Source: an uncultured Nitrosopumilales archaeon (lineage in GTDB: Archaea; Thermoproteota; Nitrososphaeria; Nitrososphaerales; UBA57). From it: a DNA stretch of 62,482 nt. Numbering within the stretch: position 1 is the first letter of the stretch; every line of letters starts with the position of its first letter. The stretch is from NCBI GenBank assembly GCA_964552125.1, contig CAZKFJ010000003.1, forward strand, positions 1 to 62,482, in the 5' to 3' direction. The position numbers and the translations under genes were made by a program. The notes under the pieces were generated by a model that saw only the letters and a list, made by a program, of their open reading frames with translations, was not told the origin of the DNA and made no database searches. Positions 30,718 to 41,090 of the stretch are shown piece after piece.

Positions 30718-32169
30718 GTGGATAGAAAATTGGTAAAAATTGGAATAACAGAAAAAAAAGATGAGAATTTTTCAGAGTGGTATACACAAACAGTGTTAAA
30801 GGCTGAATTAATAGATTATTCGCAGGTAAAGGGATTCATAATTTTAAGAGAATATGGTTTCTCAATTTGGGAAAACATACAAGCGATTTTAGATAAGGAA
30901 TTTAAAAAAGATGGTACAAAAAATGCTTATTTTCCATTGTTAATTCCTGAATCATTATTAAATAGAGAAGCAGATCATTTCAAAGGTTTTACACCAGAAG
31001 TATTTTGGGTGACAAAAACTGGAGACAGCGATATAGAGAATAAGTTAGCCATAAGGCCAACGTCTGAAACGATAGCATATGAATCATATGCAAAATGGAT
31101 AAAGAGTTGGAGAGATTTACCTTTAAAATTAAATTTTTGGAATTCAGTATTAAGAGCAGAAATAAAGGATACAAAACCATTCATAAGAACTTCAGAATTT
31201 CTATGGCAAGAAGGGCACACTGTGCATGAAACAGAAGAAGATGCAACGCAGCAAGTTGAATTTATGCTAAGATTATATAAAAAATTCGTGAATGAATACT
31301 TAGCATTACCAATACTTACTGGTAAAAAAAGTGATAAGGAGAAATTCGTTGGAGCAGATTACACACTAACATTAGAAGGAATTATGCCCGATGGAAAAGC
31401 ATTGCAAATGGGTACATCGCATCATTTAGGACAGAACTTTTCGAAGCCATTTGAAATAAGTTTTCTAGGAAAAGATGAAGAACAGCATTTTGCATGGCAG
31501 ACTTCTTGGGGAGTATCCTGGAGATTAATGGGAGCTTTGATAATGACCCATGGGGATGATAAAGGATTAATTCTACCGCCAAAGATAGCCCCAATACAAA
31601 TAGTTATTATTCCAATCTATTATGATGATGTGAAAAAGAATGAAATATTAGCCGTAATTGAGGATATTGTAGCAAAATTAGATTCAAAGAACATTAGAAG
31701 TTATGTAGATTCGAGTGATCAGCACACGCCTGGATGGAAATTCAATCAATGGGAAATGAAGGGAGTTCCTATAAGAATGGAAATAGGGCCAAAGGATTTA
31801 GAAAAGAATTCACTGGTAATTGTGAAAAGAAATTCTCGTGAGAAGAAGAATATCAGTATTAATGAGAATCCGGTGGACCAGATTGTGAAAGAATTAGATG
31901 CAATGCAGGATGAATTATTTGAGATTGCAAAGAGTAAACACGACAATATGATATCTATAAGTACCGACTACAAAGAATTATGTGAAAAACTAAACAAAGA
32001 AAGAGGTTTTGTAAAAGTAGATTGGTGTGGAAATAGAAATTGCGAAGACAAGGTAAAAGATGAGACTGGAGCTGATATAAGATTGATTGAAGACGAGAAT
32101 GTGGATTCAATTTGTATAGTCTGTGGAAAGAATTCAACTGATTCAGTTTATTTTGCAAAGTCGTATTAG
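30718..32169 (+). CDS. proS: Proline--tRNA ligase (archaeal/eukaryal type)
   Basis: 483 aa with a GTG start, class II motifs and a C-terminal Zn-binding domain (CGNRNC...CIVCG). Confidence 0.92.
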   Translation: MDRKLVKIGITEKKDENFSEWYTQTVLKAELIDYSQVKGFIILREYGFSIWENIQAILDKEFKKDGTKNAYFPLLIPESLLNREADHFKGFTPEVFWVTKTGDSDIENKLAIRPTSETIAYESYAKWIKSWRDLPLKLNFWNSVLRAEIKDTKPFIRTSEFLWQEGHTVHETEEDATQQVEFMLRLYKKFVNEYLALPILTGKKSDKEKFVGADYTLTLEGIMPDGKALQMGTSHHLGQNFSKPFEISFLGKDEEQHFAWQTSWGVSWRLMGALIMTHGDDKGLILPPKIAPIQIVIIPIYYDDVKKNEILAVIEDIVAKLDSKNIRSYVDSSDQHTPGWKFNQWEMKGVPIRMEIGPKDLEKNSLVIVKRNSREKKNISINENPVDQIVKELDAMQDELFEIAKSKHDNMISISTDYKELCEKLNKERGFVKVDWCGNRNCEDKVKDETGADIRLIEDENVDSICIVCGKNSTDSVYFAKSY

Positions 32170-32208
32170 CGTAGTTATTTATTCTAATATAACGAGGAAT
32201 GAATAGTC

Positions 32209-33009
32209 ATGGATTTATCTCAGATAATTATTATTAGCATAATACAAGGAATAATTGAATGGTTACCAATTTCAAGTCAAGGAAATATTATAATTTTGAT
32301 GTCGGAAGTATTTGATTATAATATAGAAAATGCATTAAAATTATCAATAATTTTACATTTAGGCACATTAATATCGGCATGCATTTACTTTAGAAATGAA
32401 ATATTTCAGATCATAGTAAATTTAAAAGATTATAAATTTGGATACAGTACGGAAACTAATTCACTTACTACATTCATAATTTTATCGACAGTATCGTCCA
32501 GTATAGTAGGATTAGTTATATTTTCGAGTCTGCTTGATATATCAGGAAATTTTCTATTCACGCTAATAATTGGGCTCGGATTAATTATAACAGGAATAAT
32601 TCAAAAAACAATTAAATCCGATTTAAAAAATGAAAGAAATCTAGATAGCAAAGTGGCCTTAGCAACAGGAATTTTACAAGGATTTGCAGTAATCCCTGGA
32701 ATTTCAAGGTCTGGAATAACAACTTCCTACTTGCTATTCAGAAGATTTAGTCCAAGCACGTCATTAAGGTTGTCATTTATTATGAGTATACCAGCCGTAC
32801 TTTTAGCGAATTTATTCGTAATATTTGTAGAAGGGATTCAAGATTTACAATTCATAGAATTAATTATTGCAGTTGCGTTTTCATGTGTCTCGGGTTTAAT
32901 TTCAATAAGTAGTTTTATAAAAATTGCACAAAGAATTAGATTTTGGATATTTTCAATAGTTGTGGGAGGGTTGTTGCTAATACCATATATATTAAATTTG
33001 ATAAGTTAG
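32209..33009 (+). CDS. uppP: Undecaprenyl-diphosphatase (BacA/UppP family)
   Basis: 266 aa polytopic protein with EWLPISSQG and PGISRSG motifs. Confidence 0.88.
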   Translation: MDLSQIIIISIIQGIIEWLPISSQGNIIILMSEVFDYNIENALKLSIILHLGTLISACIYFRNEIFQIIVNLKDYKFGYSTETNSLTTFIILSTVSSSIVGLVIFSSLLDISGNFLFTLIIGLGLIITGIIQKTIKSDLKNERNLDSKVALATGILQGFAVIPGISRSGITTSYLLFRRFSPSTSLRLSFIMSIPAVLLANLFVIFVEGIQDLQFIELIIAVAFSCVSGLISISSFIKIAQRIRFWIFSIVVGGLLLIPYILNLIS

Positions 33010-33055
33010 ATTTTGATTTAACGGAAAAACATAGAATTATAAAGTAATTTTATAA

Positions 33056-33334
33056 TTGATTCATATGAGTGAAGCACCGGAAATAAAACACAAAGTTCCA
33101 GTAAAAGACTATCCAGAAGGTACTAAACCAAAAAGAGTTCCCAAGGAAGTTACAGAAACATTAAAAGGAGTAGTAAGCACAAAAAAAATTGGTAAATTAA
33201 AAAAACAATATGTAGAATGTCCAGTATTAAAGGAAGATAGAAATTTTGTAGAATGTTTTGCATGTAAATCACACATAAGACGAGTTATGGGTGAAGTAGA
33301 CTGTGCTGGCGGATCTACAGAATTCCAAACATAA
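33056..33334 (+). CDS. Hypothetical lysine-rich protein with a 4-Cys cluster
   Basis: 92 aa with no recognisable family. Cys pattern C-x12-CxxC-x14-C. Confidence 0.45.
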   Translation: MIHMSEAPEIKHKVPVKDYPEGTKPKRVPKEVTETLKGVVSTKKIGKLKKQYVECPVLKEDRNFVECFACKSHIRRVMGEVDCAGGSTEFQT

Positions 33335-33344
33335 GAAGAAAACA

Positions 33345-34463
33345 CTACATACTTTTTGCTTGTTCTAATTTTTCAGGTAGATATTTATCAACAATAGTAG
33401 TTAAGCCATATTTGCTAAAAGCTTCTAATTCACATTTAGCTTTAATTTCATTAAATACATCGAGTTCTTTACTCCAGACGCCTTTTTGGTATCGTGGATC
33501 ACGTTTCAATTCAGAAACTCTTTTAAAATCCATTTCAGTCATAGGAATCGTAGGCAATTTATATTTGGCAATATCAGAGGCCCAAATACCTAACCATTTA
33601 GCAGAAGGTACAGTAAGATCACGTAGATGTGCAGCCCCAGCAGAACCAGATACGATAACCATTGCAATATGCTCACCGTAGACGTCGCCGTCAGTCATAA
33701 TGTATACAGGAAGATTAAGTTCTTCGTGTAAACGTTTCAGCATATATCGTGTAGTACGAGGAGCTTGTCCAGCAGTATCGATGATTATAGCTTTGTATTT
33801 AGAATGAACTTTCTCTTCAACAAACCTGTTAAAGAGGCCTCCTTTTTCTATAGCAATAATCATTTCGGCAGATGTGTCGACAAAATCAGCTGTACTAAGA
33901 CTAGGTCCAATTAAATAACCATCAGGATGTGAAGAGAGATTCAATCTATTTCCCTCATAACCAGGAACAGTATATTCAATATCTAGGTCTCCAAATATTG
34001 CAGAGCGCTCTTCAGGATAAATATTCAGTCTTTCTCTTGCAGTAGATATGACGGATTCAAGGTCAGTAATGATTGCGTCAGATTCAGGTTGATCTTCATA
34101 ATCGACAGCGTAAGCTTGTGATGAGTAATAGACATCTCGAAGGGTAGATGATTTTTTATTAGACATCAATTCATTGGCAAAAAATGCAAGCCAAGTCATT
34201 TGAGTAAATGGACGAATATGTTTAATATTTGACGCAGTGCGTGATACTGTTCTAGAACCAAGAATATACTGCTTAGTTTTTTTGTCGTAGACTATATTAC
34301 TCACCGATCTAACAGGAAAATGGATTGTAGGAAATTTCTGAGAGTTCAAATCAGAATAAATTTTTTCTCCAAGTTGTTTTAATTGAGATTTAATTTGGAC
34401 TTTCTGTTCTTCTATGTCATTCTGACGTTTGGAGGATTTAGTTTGTTTTTTAGATTTAGGCAT
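33345..34463 (-). CDS. top6A: DNA topoisomerase VI subunit A
   Basis: 372 aa. Spo11-like catalytic Tyr context TLRDVYYSS and Toprim MTDGDVYGEHI. Confidence 0.93.
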   Translation of the reverse strand: MPKSKKQTKSSKRQNDIEEQKVQIKSQLKQLGEKIYSDLNSQKFPTIHFPVRSVSNIVYDKKTKQYILGSRTVSRTASNIKHIRPFTQMTWLAFFANELMSNKKSSTLRDVYYSSQAYAVDYEDQPESDAIITDLESVISTARERLNIYPEERSAIFGDLDIEYTVPGYEGNRLNLSSHPDGYLIGPSLSTADFVDTSAEMIIAIEKGGLFNRFVEEKVHSKYKAIIIDTAGQAPRTTRYMLKRLHEELNLPVYIMTDGDVYGEHIAMVIVSGSAGAAHLRDLTVPSAKWLGIWASDIAKYKLPTIPMTEMDFKRVSELKRDPRYQKGVWSKELDVFNEIKAKCELEAFSKYGLTTIVDKYLPEKLEQAKSM

Positions 34464-36013
34464 TAATTATCGGCCTCTGATTCTTCAAGATATGTTTTAA
34501 GCATGGGCTGGAAATTAGGTAAGGTTTTTTTCCCAGACAAGTCTTTTGAAAATTCCGCGATTAATGGAAGGTATTTTGAATATATATCTCGTCTTCGTTT
34601 TACTGCGTCTTGAGACGATTTGCGAGACAAATGTAATCGAAGCTGTCGAAGAACTTCACGAACTGCATTTTTTAATTCACGTTCAATTTCTGGTCTGTCT
34701 GCAAGGAATTCTTTCCCAGCTGTTTTAAACGGTACTTTAGTTGAACATACATGAGTAATTAATGCCAAAGGGGCATTATCTGGAATTTTATAGGCTCGTT
34801 TTTTGTCTATTGCGAGATCCTTCACGACTTGCCAGGCAATATCGCTGCCTTCGTCGTAAAGTAGAGGGATTCTATTAGCATATCGAAATAATTTCACACC
34901 ACCGCCACCAACATTTCCACCATATGCAAGTCCAACTTCTACGATGAATGGGAAACCAGAATATGCAGAAGGAGGTCTTATGGCAATTGTAGAAAATTCA
35001 GGTGAAAGCTCACTCATTATGCCCGCATTCAATATATCGCGACCAAGAGGAGACAAACAATGAGAATCAGGAGGCAAAAAGGATTCATAGCTATGCATTT
35101 CATCGACCATTTTTACTATACTTTCATATGCAAGATCTTTGGGGCTTCCTGAAGGGTCTATACCTGCAGATTTAAAGAAATTAGTAGAAGTAGTGGCGCC
35201 GACTCGATGGAAATTATTAGTAAGTAATTTATGAAGGGTTTTATCTTTAGTATCTTCAATTAAACGTCTCATCCCCTCAAAGTCAAATCCATGTGGATGA
35301 GGTTGAGTCTCCACAGGAGGTTTTGGTAAGGAAGTCGTACTTCTCGGATAATAAAGTAATCTTCCTTGTGCGTCAACAAAAGATATCTCAGCATAAGGAG
35401 TAACTAATGCAGATTCTAGGAAATAATCATGGACTTTGGCAGAAGCGCGAAATGAATCACCGGTAAGTAATAATTCAACAGTAGTTCCGGTAGTTCCTTT
35501 TCCTTCAATGATTTCTTTTTTAATAATAACGGGTTCATTTTTCTGAATGTCAATTCTTAAAGTAAATTTATGAGTTTTTTTTCCATCAATCGAAGTGTAA
35601 ATAATTACAGGTTTACTAGTTGTAATTTGTCCGTATAAGACGGCCATAGTTCCCCCCATACCAAACATACCGCGAGCTTGTCGGAGTTTGTACTTGCTGC
35701 CATAGAATACACGACCAAATGCATCAGGAGCTTTTTCAGGGTCTATTCCAGGTCCATTATCACTAACTTTAAGTTGGTAAGTACGAGGTTCAGAAGCAGT
35801 CAATTGATCAATTACAGGAGTCATTCGAACGTAGATATTAGGAAGGATTTCCGCAGATTCACATGCATCAAGAGAGTTTTCTACTAATTCACGAGTAGCT
35901 GTATAAAGCGCTTTAGCAGGATTACTAAAACCAGCTAAATCTCTATTACGATAAAAGAATTCACTAGGCGAAATGCCAGAGAATGTAGTTTTAGTTTTCG
36001 ACAACAGGTCCAT
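34463..36013 (-). CDS. top6B: DNA topoisomerase VI subunit B
   Basis: 516 aa. GHKL ATPase motifs ELVENSLDA, SDNGPGI and GMFGMGG. Confidence 0.93.
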   Translation of the reverse strand: MDLLSKTKTTFSGISPSEFFYRNRDLAGFSNPAKALYTATRELVENSLDACESAEILPNIYVRMTPVIDQLTASEPRTYQLKVSDNGPGIDPEKAPDAFGRVFYGSKYKLRQARGMFGMGGTMAVLYGQITTSKPVIIYTSIDGKKTHKFTLRIDIQKNEPVIIKKEIIEGKGTTGTTVELLLTGDSFRASAKVHDYFLESALVTPYAEISFVDAQGRLLYYPRSTTSLPKPPVETQPHPHGFDFEGMRRLIEDTKDKTLHKLLTNNFHRVGATTSTNFFKSAGIDPSGSPKDLAYESIVKMVDEMHSYESFLPPDSHCLSPLGRDILNAGIMSELSPEFSTIAIRPPSAYSGFPFIVEVGLAYGGNVGGGGVKLFRYANRIPLLYDEGSDIAWQVVKDLAIDKKRAYKIPDNAPLALITHVCSTKVPFKTAGKEFLADRPEIERELKNAVREVLRQLRLHLSRKSSQDAVKRRRDIYSKYLPLIAEFSKDLSGKKTLPNFQPMLKTYLEESEADN

Positions 36014-36560
36014 CTTCCCACAATTGCATTCTGTCTAATTTAGCTTGTGTTCGACTTTTTTGTAACAAATCATAAGCAGTTTTATGTTGGGCTCCTGAAA
36101 TGAGTAGATTTAATGCATTCTCAACTAACTTAATTTGTTCGTATGAACCAATTATAGAAATAGAATGTCCATATACGGAAATATTTGTATTAGAGATTTC
36201 CTCCATGACCTTTCTAGCTTTGCCGTTTTGGCCAATTACACGAGACTTAATTCGAGATATAGAATGCGACGATTTTTTGAAATACTGAGTAAGATCAATT
36301 ATGGAGAGGAATTTATCGTCGTCGAGAAGATTAGAAGCAGTAATTTTTGAGAAGCCATGAGCAAGAGATTTAACTAATTCGACGGCAAGAAGAGGATTAG
36401 AGATTTCATTATCGCTAGATATGTGAACTTCGCCACTACGACTATCTATATCGAGACTGACGTTACATTTTTGTTCAATCCAAAGTTTTGTTTTTCCTGA
36501 TTTTCCGACAATAGATCCAATGCGATCAATAGGTACACGAATTGTTTTATCAAACATCAT
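35991..36560 (-). CDS. KH-domain RNA-binding protein (Dim2/Pno1-like)
   Basis: 189 aa with two KH GxxG loops (IVGKSGKT, VIGQNGKA). Sits in the conserved aIF-1A/Rio/KH neighbourhood. Confidence 0.8.
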   Translation of the reverse strand: MMFDKTIRVPIDRIGSIVGKSGKTKLWIEQKCNVSLDIDSRSGEVHISSDNEISNPLLAVELVKSLAHGFSKITASNLLDDDKFLSIIDLTQYFKKSSHSISRIKSRVIGQNGKARKVMEEISNTNISVYGHSISIIGSYEQIKLVENALNLLISGAQHKTAYDLLQKSRTQAKLDRMQLWEDGPVVEN

Positions 36561-37341
36561 TTTCAGTAACCTCCGTAAAAATGGATTTAGCGTCAGGAGT
36601 AGTAATACCGCGTTTAGAAAAGAATTTACAAATATTGGTCAAATCTCTTAATAAGAAATCATTAGACATAGGATGTGAAACATCAACTGCAGAACCAAAA
36701 TCAAATAATATCAAGTCTTTAGAATTTTTAAATACATTATATTCAGACAAGTCTGAATGAACGAGATGTGATTGCACATATAATTTAGTAATCAAGGTAA
36801 GAAGCTCTTCGAAATCTGATTCTTCAACCTCAGTTTCTGAAAGAGTGGGAAAGGGAGCTCCGTCAATTCCTTGAAAATCCATAACCAGAACATTATGTTT
36901 TACAGCAATAGGTTTAGGAACAGGAAGATTAATAGAATACGCTTTTGAGAGATTTTTGAATTCTTTCCTAGCCCATAATTCAATTAGTTTATGTCCATTT
37001 GTATTGATATTTTTAAAACGATGGTCTCCTTCGATATATTGCAGTCTTTTACGGAATTCAGATGCGACGGTAAGATAAATTTTGATGGCAACGTCGTTTC
37101 CTTCAGGAGTAACACCCCAAAATATATTCGATTCTTTGCCAGAATTAACGATTCCATTCAGATAGGAAAGTGTGCCATTATTAAAAAGAGAATATAGTGT
37201 AAGAAGAGTTGGTTTATTAAAAACATCTTGAAAAACTTGATAATCTTCAGAACGTTTTTTCACTGAGCGATTTAATTTTTCAGAATTACTTACTTTGTTT
37301 AATGCTTTTTTAATTGCGCGATTATCAATTTGAGATGACAT
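36550..37341 (-). CDS. rio1: RIO-type serine/threonine protein kinase
   Basis: 263 aa with RIO motifs (GKESNIF, VHSDLSEYN, FDFGSAV). Confidence 0.88.
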   Translation of the reverse strand: MSSQIDNRAIKKALNKVSNSEKLNRSVKKRSEDYQVFQDVFNKPTLLTLYSLFNNGTLSYLNGIVNSGKESNIFWGVTPEGNDVAIKIYLTVASEFRKRLQYIEGDHRFKNINTNGHKLIELWARKEFKNLSKAYSINLPVPKPIAVKHNVLVMDFQGIDGAPFPTLSETEVEESDFEELLTLITKLYVQSHLVHSDLSEYNVFKNSKDLILFDFGSAVDVSHPMSNDFLLRDLTNICKFFSKRGITTPDAKSIFTEVTENDV

Positions 37342-37344
37342 ATT

Positions 37345-37656
37345 CTACAAGTCCTTTGGAAGATGTCCTTGTGATTGTAACCATTCAACTTGACCCACAG
37401 TATATCTCCAAAGTATGTCCCCTCGTTCATCTGTTTTAAAATCCCAAGGTGCGATTATAACAACGTCATTATCACGAATCCAGACTCTACGCTTTAGTTT
37501 TCCACGTATTCGCCCAATACGAATCTTATCGTCTGCGCATTTAATCTGAATAAGTTCACTTCCCAGATGTTTAACAACTCTGCCGAACATTTCGCCTTCT
37601 TGAGGCAAAACAATATCTTTGAGAGACTTTTCGTTTAGAACTTTTCGCTTACCCAT
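37345..37656 (-). CDS. eif1a: Translation initiation factor aIF-1A
   Basis: 103 aa S1-like OB fold (GEMFGRVVKHLG..., IRGKLKRRVWIR). Confidence 0.92.
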   Translation of the reverse strand: MGKRKVLNEKSLKDIVLPQEGEMFGRVVKHLGSELIQIKCADDKIRIGRIRGKLKRRVWIRDNDVVIIAPWDFKTDERGDILWRYTVGQVEWLQSQGHLPKDL

Positions 37657-37693
37657 TATATCACCATACTATTGGAAAAATTAGTAATAAACC

Positions 37694-38005
37694 CTATTGT
37701 AGAAATTTATAAATTAGGGCAAAGGATACGCCCTCGATTTTTTTTATTGACTCAATAGACACGAATTCTAAATTAATCGCCAAGTCTACAATATCATTTC
37801 CAACAAGATTTAGAGTATCGGATTTTTTTAACAGTTCAATAGCCTGATTTTCGTCAATAATGTCGCCTCCAAAGTAATCTTCAGAGATTTCAATTTCATA
37901 GTCTCCTTCAGATATGGTTTTTCCAATGTTTCCAGTATCGCAGATATTTACAATATGAATATTGGCATCAGTAATTGAACGAAAATGAAAGGATTTAGAG
38001 GCCAT
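37694..38005 (-). CDS. DUF424-like small protein
   Basis: About 103 aa from ATG 38005, which lies 2 nt after the aIF-2beta stop. The tracked 38050 start overlaps that gene. Family assignment is from memory of the aIF-2beta neighbourhood. Confidence 0.5.
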   Translation of the reverse strand: MASKSFHFRSITDANIHIVNICDTGNIGKTISEGDYEIEISEDYFGGDIIDENQAIELLKKSDTLNLVGNDIVDLAINLEFVSIESIKKIEGVSFALIYKFLQ

Positions 38006-38007
38006 AA

Positions 38008-38445
38008 TTATCGAGAACCTGCAGTGGTTTTTGCTCCACAGGCTTCGCAATTGATAAAATATAGACGTTTGACTTTTTCTAAAGATGTATCATAACTATC
38101 ACACACGGTACAAACTACGTATTGGCGAATATAGCGTTTGAGTATAAAATCAAAAGAATCAGGGGTTTTCCTGCCGATAAAGATAGCTCGATCGCCATCG
38201 AGAGATGCAGAAGTAGCAAGTTCTTTGGATAGAAACATCATAAAATGTTCCATAGTGCGTCTTAACAATTTAGGGTAAACACCGAAATTTCTAAAGAATG
38301 TTTTTTGGCCAATCCAAAAAGTTTCGGCTTTGGGGATTTCGATTCTATCTGTTTTCTTTACCTCGACTTTAGACAGTTGATCTCCAATACGGGTTAAAAG
38401 TTCATTATAAGAATCGTCTTTCATCAACATAGAAAATAAAAACAA
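38008..38445 (-). CDS. Translation initiation factor aIF-2 beta subunit
   Basis: 145 aa (Met6 or Met8 at 38430/38424 may be the true start). C-terminal zinc knuckle CTVCDS...CEACGA. Confidence 0.88.
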   Translation of the reverse strand: MFLFSMLMKDDSYNELLTRIGDQLSKVEVKKTDRIEIPKAETFWIGQKTFFRNFGVYPKLLRRTMEHFMMFLSKELATSASLDGDRAIFIGRKTPDSFDFILKRYIRQYVVCTVCDSYDTSLEKVKRLYFINCEACGAKTTAGSR

Positions 38446-38508
38446 AAGATATAATTGTTTCCAGTGGAAGGCGAATAATTATAAGGAAACAATTCCGACA
38501 TACGAATA

Positions 38509-39015
38509 ATGAATCTAAGAGACGTAATAAGAGATTACCCTGATTATCCGAAAAAAGGAATAATATTCAAGGACATGTGGCCGGCAATAGAAAACCCAGA
38601 TGCGTTTGAACAGATTTTAGCTGAATTTGAAAAAGAATTCAAGGGGAAGATAGATACAGTAATAGGAATAGAATCAAGAGGATTTATATTTGGAGCGGCA
38701 TTAGCGAATAGATTAAAGATAAGTTTCATACCTGTAAGAAAAAAAGGAAAACTTCCTGGAGAAACGATTTCAAGAGATTTTGAATTGGAATATGGAAGTG
38801 CGTCGGTTGAGATTAAAAATGAATCATTAAAAGGTAAAAATATTCTAATAATAGATGATTTATTGGCAACTGGGGGAACAGTGGAAGCTGCAGCAAAGAT
38901 GATTGAAGAATTGGAAGGAGGAATAGTCGGTTTGGGATTTTTAATTGAATTGGATTTCCTGAAAGCAAGAGAGATTTTATCCAAGTATAAGGTATTTTCA
39001 ATATTGAGGTATTAA
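38509..39015 (+). CDS. apt: Adenine phosphoribosyltransferase
   Basis: 168 aa with the PRPP loop ILIIDDLLATGGT and an APRT-like N-terminus. Confidence 0.9.
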   Translation: MNLRDVIRDYPDYPKKGIIFKDMWPAIENPDAFEQILAEFEKEFKGKIDTVIGIESRGFIFGAALANRLKISFIPVRKKGKLPGETISRDFELEYGSASVEIKNESLKGKNILIIDDLLATGGTVEAAAKMIEELEGGIVGLGFLIELDFLKAREILSKYKVFSILRY

Positions 39016-39019
39016 TGAG

Positions 39020-39802
39020 ATGAAGGCAGAAATAGCAATAATTGGCGGAACAGGGATATACGATACTGAAATTATTTCAAATAACCAAACAGTGGATTTA
39101 GAAACTCCATATGGTAAAACTTCCGATTCGTTAACGGTAGGTGAATTTAATGGTAAAAAAATAGTATTTCTTCCAAGGCATGGAAAAAAACACAGTGTGC
39201 CACCACATAAAATAAACTTTCGTGCAAACATATGGGCGTTAAAGGAAATAGGAGTAAAAAGAATAATTGCGCCTTGTGCAGTTGGAAGTCTAAGGGAAAA
39301 CATGGAACCTGGTCACATTGCCATACCTGATCAATTTATCGACAGAACTAAAGACAGAGAGAGTACATTTTATGATAAAGGTACAGTTGCACACATATCA
39401 ACGGCAGATCCATTTTGTCCTGAATTAAGAGATTTGGCAATTTCAGCAGGTAAGAAATTAGACTATGGTATTCATGAAAAAGCAACGCAAGTTTGTATAG
39501 AGGGTCCTAGGTTTTCGACAAGAGCAGAATCAAATATGTTCAGAAACTGGGGGGCAGATACAATAAACATGACGCTATTCCCAGAATGTGTTTTGGCAAG
39601 AGAGTCACAAATTTGTTATGTAGCAATCGCAACAATAACAGATTACGATAATTTGGGTGGAACGGCAGTCTCACATCACGAAGTACTAAAAACACTAGAA
39701 AAGAATGTAGAAAAAACAAGTAGCATTATTCAGAATATTATTCCGCAGATAAATGATGACAGAGATTGTTTATGTGCAAATGCATTGGATGGAGCAATTT
39801 AA
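39020..39802 (+). CDS. mtnP: S-methyl-5'-thioadenosine phosphorylase
   Basis: 260 aa PNP/MTAP family protein (IAIIGGTG, FLPRHG..H..PPH.INFRANI). Confidence 0.88.
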   Translation: MKAEIAIIGGTGIYDTEIISNNQTVDLETPYGKTSDSLTVGEFNGKKIVFLPRHGKKHSVPPHKINFRANIWALKEIGVKRIIAPCAVGSLRENMEPGHIAIPDQFIDRTKDRESTFYDKGTVAHISTADPFCPELRDLAISAGKKLDYGIHEKATQVCIEGPRFSTRAESNMFRNWGADTINMTLFPECVLARESQICYVAIATITDYDNLGGTAVSHHEVLKTLEKNVEKTSSIIQNIIPQINDDRDCLCANALDGAI

Positions 39803-39848
39803 ATAAAAAGAAGATAATATTTCGATAGGAGAAAAGTGAGAATAACAA

Positions 39849-41090
39849 ATGAGTAAGATTACAGACAAAAGTTTAACGGAAAAAGGTAGAAAGTCATATC
39901 AATGGGCTCGGGATAATATGCCAGCTCTTGTTACAACGATCGATAAAACTGCTGAAGAATTTTCGTTCAAAGGAACAAAAATAGCAGTGTGTTTACACGT
40001 AACAAAGGAAACTTCAGTATTAGTAATGGGATTAAAGGAATTAGGCGCAGATGTATATCTGTCAGGTGCAAATCCATTATCAACTCAAGACGATATTGCG
40101 GCTTATTTAGACTCGGAAGGAGTAAATGTTTTTGCCTGGAGGGGCCAGAATGATAAAGAGTATCAAGAGTGTATAGATGCCACACTAGATGCAGAACCAG
40201 AAATCATAATGGATGACGGATCTGATGCACACATAACATTACATCAAAATCAGAAATATGAGAAGAACAATGTCATTGGAGGAACAGAAGAGACTACCAC
40301 AGGAGTAGTCAGACTGGAAGCATTAGAAAAAAGTGGGAAATTAAGATATCCAATAATAGCAGTAAATAATGCATATACGAAACATCTATTCGATAATCGA
40401 TACGGAACAGGTCAAAGTACTTTTGACGGAATTTTAAGGTCTACTGCATTGTTAATGGCAGGTAAGAAAATAACAGTTTGTGGCTATGGATGGGTCGGAA
40501 GAGGAATAGCAGCAAGAGCAAAGGGTCTTGGAGCAATTGTTTCAGTTTCTGAGATAGATCCGATTAGAGCAATAGAAGCAGTAATGGATGGATTCGATGT
40601 AAAGCCAATAAATGAATTAGCAAAAGAATCAGACATATTTGTTACAGCGACAGGTCAAAAACATGTTATTGATAAAAATAGCATAAGAAATTTGAAAGAT
40701 GGGGCAATACTAGCAAATGCCGGACATTTCGATTTAGAAATAGATGTAGCATTTTTACAAGATGTGGCAAAAAATGTGAAAACAATAAGGGATAATCTAG
40801 AAGAATACGAATTAGACAACGGAACAAAAATAGTTCTTGTGGCAAAAGGAAGAATTGCAAACCTAGTAGCCGCAGAAGGTCATCCGCCAGAAGTAATGTC
40901 AATGTCATTTTCGAACCAGCTTTTAGGAGCGGTCAAGATTAAGTTGGATCATGAAAAATTGAAGGGATTGATAGACATGCCTAAAGAAATAGATTACAAA
41001 GTAGCAAAACACGCATTAGAAGGAATGAAAATAAATATTGATACACAAACGCAAGAACAAAAAGATTATGGCGAATCTTATGTCATATAA
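39849..41090 (+). CDS. ahcY: Adenosylhomocysteinase
   Basis: 413 aa archaeal-size SAH hydrolase (DDGSD, EETTTGV, NAD loop GYGWVGRG). Confidence 0.93.
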   Translation: MSKITDKSLTEKGRKSYQWARDNMPALVTTIDKTAEEFSFKGTKIAVCLHVTKETSVLVMGLKELGADVYLSGANPLSTQDDIAAYLDSEGVNVFAWRGQNDKEYQECIDATLDAEPEIIMDDGSDAHITLHQNQKYEKNNVIGGTEETTTGVVRLEALEKSGKLRYPIIAVNNAYTKHLFDNRYGTGQSTFDGILRSTALLMAGKKITVCGYGWVGRGIAARAKGLGAIVSVSEIDPIRAIEAVMDGFDVKPINELAKESDIFVTATGQKHVIDKNSIRNLKDGAILANAGHFDLEIDVAFLQDVAKNVKTIRDNLEEYELDNGTKIVLVAKGRIANLVAAEGHPPEVMSMSFSNQLLGAVKIKLDHEKLKGLIDMPKEIDYKVAKHALEGMKINIDTQTQEQKDYGESYVI

